Shown here one piece after another: positions 57,972 through 64,000 of a stretch of DNA of 64,000 bases (position 1 is its first letter; every line of letters begins with the position of its first letter). A program made the translations under genes and the position numbers. The notes beneath the pieces were generated by a model. It did no database searches and was not told the DNA's origin. It saw only the letters and a list, made by a program, of their open reading frames with translations. Origin of the DNA: Macrostomum lignano (lineage: Eukaryota). The stretch covers positions 1 to 64,000 of the forward strand of contig NIVC01001288.1 of the NCBI GenBank assembly GCA_002269645.1, read 5' to 3'.

Positions 57972-60900
57972 TATGATTTTTTTACATGACGCTTCTATGA
58001 TTTTTACATGACGCTTCTATGATTTTTTACATGACGCTTCTATGACTTTTTCATGGCGCTTCTATGATTTTTTACATGGCACTTCTATGATTTTTTACAT
58101 GACGCTTCTATGATTGTTTACATTACGCTTCTATGATTTTTAAATGACGCTTCTATGATTGTTTACATGACGCTTCTACGATTTTTTACATGACGCTTCT
58201 ATGATTGTTTACATGACGCTTCTATGATTTTTTACATGACGCTTCTTTGATTGTTTACATGACGCTTCTTTGATTCTCTACATGACGCTTCTATGATTTT
58301 TTACATAACGCTTCTATGATTGTTTACATGACGCTTCTTTGATTGTTTACATGACGCTTCTATGATTTTTTACATGACGCTTCTATGATTGTTTACATGA
58401 CGCTTCTATGATTTTTTACATGACGCTTCTTTGATTGTTTACATGACGCTTCTATGATTTTTTACATGACGCTTCTATGATTGTTTACATGACGCTTTCA
58501 TGATTGTTTACATGACGCTTTCATGATTTTTTACATGACGCTTCTATGATTTTTTACATGACGCTTCTATGGTTCTCTACATGACGCTTCTATGATTTTT
58601 TACATGACGCTTCTATGATTTTTTACATGACGCTTCTATGATTCTCTACATGACGCTTCTATGATTGTTTACATGACGCTTCTATGATTTTTTACATGAC
58701 GCTTCTTTGATTGTTTACATGACGCTTCTTTGATTCTCTACATGACGCTTCTATGATTTTTTACATGACGCTTCTATGATTGTTTACATGACGCTTCTTT
58801 GATTGTTTACATGACGCTTCTATGATTTTTTACATGACGCTTCTATGATTTTTTACATGACGCTTCTATGATTGTTTACATGACGCTTCTATGATTTTTT
58901 ACATGACGCTTCTATGATTTTTTCATGACGCTTCTATGATTTCTCAAATGACACTTCCATTAGTTTTTATACAAGGCTTCTATGATTTTTTACATGACGC
59001 TTCTATGATTTTTTACATGACGCTTCTTTGATTGTTTACATGACGCTTCTATGATTGTTTACATGACGCTTCTATGATTTTTTACATGACGCTTCTATGA
59101 TTTTTTACATGACGCTTCTATAATTTTTTACATGACGCTTCTATGTTTGTTTACATGACGCTTCTTTGATTCTCTACATGACGCTTCTATGATTGTTTAC
59201 ATTACGCTTCTTTGATTGTTTACATGACGCTTCTATGATTGTTTACATGACGCTTCTATGATTTTTTACATGACGCTTCTTTGACGCTCTACATGACGCT
59301 TCTATGATTGTTTAAATGACGCTTTCATGATTGTTTACATGACGCTTTCATGATTTTTTACGTGACGCTTCTATGATTTTTTACATGACGCTTTCATGAT
59401 TGTTTACATGACGCTTTCATGATTTTTTACATGACGCTTCTATGATTTTTTACATGACGCTTCTATGGTTCTCTACATGACGCTTCTATGATTTTTTACA
59501 TGACGCTTCTATGATTGTTTACATGACGCTTCTTTGATTGTTTACATGACGCTTCTATGATTTTTTACATGACGCTTCTATGATTTTTTACATGACGCTT
59601 CTATGATTGTTTACATGACGCTTCTATGATTTTTTACATGACGCTTCTTTGATTGTTTACATGACGCTTCTATGATTTTTTACATGACGCTTCTATGATT
59701 GTTTACATGACGCTTCTATGATTTTTTCATGACGCTTCTATGATTTTTTAAATGACGCTTCTATGATTTTTTACATGACGCTTCTATGATTTTTTACATG
59801 ACGCTTTCATGATTGTTTACATGACGCTTTCATGATTTTTTACATGACGCTTCTATGATTTTTTACATGACGCTTCTTTGATTGTTTACATGACGCTTCT
59901 ATAATTTTTTACATGACGCTTCTATGTTTGTTTACATGACGCTTCTTTGATTCTCTACATGACGCTTCTATGATTTTTTACATGACGCTTCTATTATTGT
60001 TTACATGACGCTTCTATGATTTTTTACATGACGCTTCTATGGTTTTACATGACGCTTCTATGATTTTTTACATGACGCTTCTATGACTTTTTACATGACG
60101 CTTCTATGATTCTCTACATGACGCTTCTATGATTGTTTACATGACGCTTCTATGATTTTTTACATGACGCTTCTTTGATTGTTTACATGACGCTTCTTTG
60201 ATTTTACATGACGCTTCTATGATTTTTTACATGACGCTTTCATGATTGTTTACATGACGCTTCTTTGATTGTTTACATGACGCTTCTATGATTTTTTACA
60301 TGACGCTTCTATGATTTTTTACATGACGCTTCTATGATTGTTTACATGACGCTTCTATGATTTTTTACATGACGCTTCTTTGATTGTTTACATGACGCTT
60401 CTATGATTTTTTACATGACGCTTCTATGATTGTTTACACGACGCTTCTATGATTTTTTACATGACGCTTCTACGATTTTTTACATGACGCTTTCATGATT
60501 GTTTACATGACGCTTCTTTGATTTTTTACATGACGCTTCTACGATTTTTTACATGACGCTTTCATGATTGTTTACATGACGCTTCTTTGATTGTTTACAT
60601 GACGCTTCTTTTATTCTTCATGACGCTTCTATGATTTCTCAAATGACACTTCCATTACTTTTTATATAAGGCTTCTATGATTTTTTACATGACGCTTCTA
60701 TGATTTTTTACATGACGCTTCTTTGATTGTTTACATGACGCTTCTATGATTTTTTACATGACGCTTCTATGATTTTACATGACGCTTCTATGATTTTTAC
60801 ATGACGCTTCTATGATTTTTACATGACGCTTCTATGATTTTTACATGACGCTTCTTGATTTTACATGACGCTTCTATGATTTTTTACATGACGCTTCTAT

Positions 60901-63900
60901 GATTGTTTACATGACGCTTCTTGATTGTTTACATGACGCTTCTATGATTTTTTACATGACGCTTCTATGATTTTCTACATGACGCTTCTATGATTGTTTA
61001 CATGACGCTTCTATGATTTTTACATGACGCTTCTATGATTTTTTACATGACGCTTCTATGATTTTCATGACGCTTCATTATTTTTACATGACGCTTCTAT
61101 GATTTTTTACATGACGCTTCTATGATTTTTACATGACGCTTCTTGATTGTTTACATGACGCTTCTATGATTGTTTACATGACGCTTCTATGATTTTTTAC
61201 ATGACGCTTCTATGATTTTTTACATGACGCTTCTATGATTTTTTACATGACGCTTCTATGTTTTTTACATGACGCTTCTTGATTTTACATGACGCTTCTA
61301 TGATTGTTTACATGACGCTTCTTGATTGTTTACATGACGCTTCTATGATTTTTACATGACGCTTCTATGATTTTTACATGACGCTTCTTACATGACGCTT
61401 CTACATGACGCTTCTATGATTGTTTAATGACGCTTCATGATTGTTTACATGACGCTTCATGATTTTTACATGACGCTTCTATGATTTTTACATGACGCTT
61501 CTATGATTGTTTACATGACGCTTCATGATTTTTTACATGACGCTTCTATGATTTTTTACATGACGCTTCTATGTTTTACATGACGCTTCTATGATTTTTA
61601 CATGACGCTTCTATGATTTTTACATGACGCTTCTTGATTGTTTACATGACGCTTCTATGATTTTTACATGACGCTTCTATGATTTTTTACATGACGCTTC
61701 TATGATTTTTACATGACGCTTCTATGATTTTTTACATGACGCTTCTTTGATTGTTTACATGACGCTTCTATGATTTTTTACATGACGCTTCTATGATTGT
61801 TTACACGACGCTTCTATGATTTTTTACATGACGCTTCTATGATTTTTTAATGACGCTTCTATGATTTTTTACATGACGCTTCTATGATTTTTTACATGAC
61901 GCTTTCATGATTGTTTACATGACGCTTTCATGATTTTTTACATGACGCTTCTATGATTGTTTACATGACGCTTCTTTGATTGTTTACATGACGCTTCTAT
62001 GATTTTTTACATGACGCTTCTATGTTTGTTTACATGACGCTTCTTGATTTTACATGACGCTTCTATGATTTTTTACATGACGCTTCTATTGATTGTTTAC
62101 ATGACGCTTCTATGATTTTTTACATGACGCTTCTATGTTTTACATGACGCTTCTATGATTTTTTACATGACGCTTCTATGATTTTTACATGACGCTTCTA
62201 TGATTTTACATGACGCTTCTATGATTGTTTACATGACGCTTCTATGATTTTTTACATGACGCTTCTTGATTTTTACATGACGCTTCTTTGATTTTACATG
62301 ACGCTTCTATGATTTTTTACATGACGCTTCTATGATTGTTTACATGACGCTTCTTGATTGTTTACATGACGCTTCTATGATTTTTACATGACGCTTCTAT
62401 GATTTTTACATGACGCTTCTATGATTGTTTACATGACGCTTCTATGATTTTTTACATGACGCTTCTTGATTGTTTACATGACGCTTCTATGATTTTTTAC
62501 ATGACGCTTCTATGATTGTTTACATGACGCTTCTATGATTTTTTACATGACGCTTCTACGATTTTTTACATGACGCTTTCATGATTGTTTACATGACGCT
62601 TCTTTGATTTTTTACATGACGCTTCTACGATTTTTTACATGACGCTTTCATGATTGTTTACATGACGCTTCTTTGATTGTTTACATGACGCTTCTTTTAT
62701 TCTTCATGACGCTTCTATGATTTTCAAATGACACTTCATTAGTTTTTATATACGCTTCTATGATTTTTTACATGACGCTTCTATGATTTTTTACATGACG
62801 CTTCTTGATTGTTTACATGACGCTTCTATGATTTTTTACATGACGCTTCTATGATTTTTTAATGACGCTTCTATGATTTTTACATGACGCTTCTATGATT
62901 TTTTACATGACGCTTCTTGATTGTTTACATGACGCTTCTATGATTTTTTACATGACGCTTCTATGATTGTTTACATGACGCTTCTATGATTTTTACATGA
63001 CGCTTCTATGATTTTTTACATGACGCTTCTTTGATTGTTTACATGACGCTTCTATGATTTTTTACATGACGCTTTCATGATTGTTTACATGACGCTTTCA
63101 TGATTTTTTACATGACGCTTCTATGATTTTTTACATGACGCTTCTTGATTTTTACATGACGCTTCTATGATTTTTTACATGACGCTTCTATGTTTTTTAC
63201 ATGACGCTTCTATGATTTTTACATGACGCTTCTATGATTTTTACATGACGCTTCTATTATTGTTTACATGACGCTTCTATGATTTTTTACATGACGCTTC
63301 TATGATTGTTTACATGACGCTTCTATGATTTTTTACATGACGCTTCTATGATTTTTACATGACGCTTCTATGATTTTTACATGACGCTTCTATGATTTTT
63401 ACATGACGCTTCTATGATTTTTTACATGACGCTTCTTGATTTTTACATGACGCTTCTTTGATTTTTACATGACGCTTCTATGATTTTTTACATGACGCTT
63501 CTATGATTGTTTACATGACGCTTCTTGATTTTTACATGACGCTTCTATGATTTTTTACATGACGCTTCTATGATTTTTTACATGACGCTTCTATGATTGT
63601 TTACATGACGCTTCTATGATTTTTACATGACGCTTCTTGATTGTTTACATGACGCTTCTATGATTTTTTACATGACGCTTCTATGATTTTTACATGACGC
63701 TTCTATGATTTTTTACATGACGCTTCTATGATTTTTTACATGACGCTTTATGATTGTTTACATGACGCTTCTTTGATTTTTTACATGACGCTTCTACGAT
63801 TTTTTACATGACGCTTTATGATTTTTACATGACGCTTCTTTGATTGTTTACATGACGCTTCTTTTATTTTCATGACGCTTCTATGATTTTCAAATGACGC

Positions 63901-64000
63901 TTCATTATTTTTATAGCTTCTATGATTTTTTACATGACGCTTCTATGATTTTTTACATGACGCTTCTATGATTTTTACATGACGCTTCTTTTATTTTCAT
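57972..64000 (+). repeat. 23-bp satellite (CATGACGCTTCTATGATT[T/G]TTTA), more than 6 kb, runs off the window
   Basis: Continuous tandem array. A rare divergent marker unit (CAAATGAC[A/G]CTTC..ATTA) recurs at about 58941, 60636, 62721 and 63887. Confidence 0.97.

Noticed and set aside
60770-64000. Apparent shift to 21-22-bp monomers and progressive decay of marker units
   Set aside because: Changes are mostly single-base losses in T runs, increasing toward the window end, typical of low-coverage long-read consensus error. Not treated as biology without raw reads.

Overview
Left end of a metazoan chromosome. An ~8.1-kb (CCCTAA)n telomere abuts gene-bearing sequence directly. Five protein-coding genes can be reconstructed by hand. 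(1) A multi-exon ERICH6/FAM194-like gene on the minus strand, with its stop only ~1.4 kb from the telomere. (2) An ADAR1-type adenosine deaminase on the plus strand with a degenerate winged-helix, a canonical Zalpha, two dsRBDs and an intact deaminase. (3) A HOATZ-like ciliary gene. (4) An intronless PAQR/membrane progestin receptor-like gene. (5) A 3-exon claudin/PMP22-like gene. Between and inside them lie Penelope fragments with minimal hammerhead ribozymes, tandem Helitrons, a tRNA-derived SINE family, CACTA- and MULE-like non-autonomous elements, LINE RT remnants and several minisatellites, ending in a 23-bp satellite. The three most notable observations are these. (a) Two unrelated minisatellites (51/55 bp in ERICH6-like, 63 bp in ADAR) whose units each contain a complete 3' splice-site cassette and are stop-free in the gene frame. 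(b) A local CpG-depleted domain in which a SINE copy shows directional CpG and CpA-to-TpA (RIP-like) hypermutation. (c) An inverted pair of ribozyme-bearing Penelope ends inside an intron. The organism cannot be fixed from the window; an invertebrate such as a macrostomid flatworm is a guess only. All gene models and family calls are by eye, without database searches.
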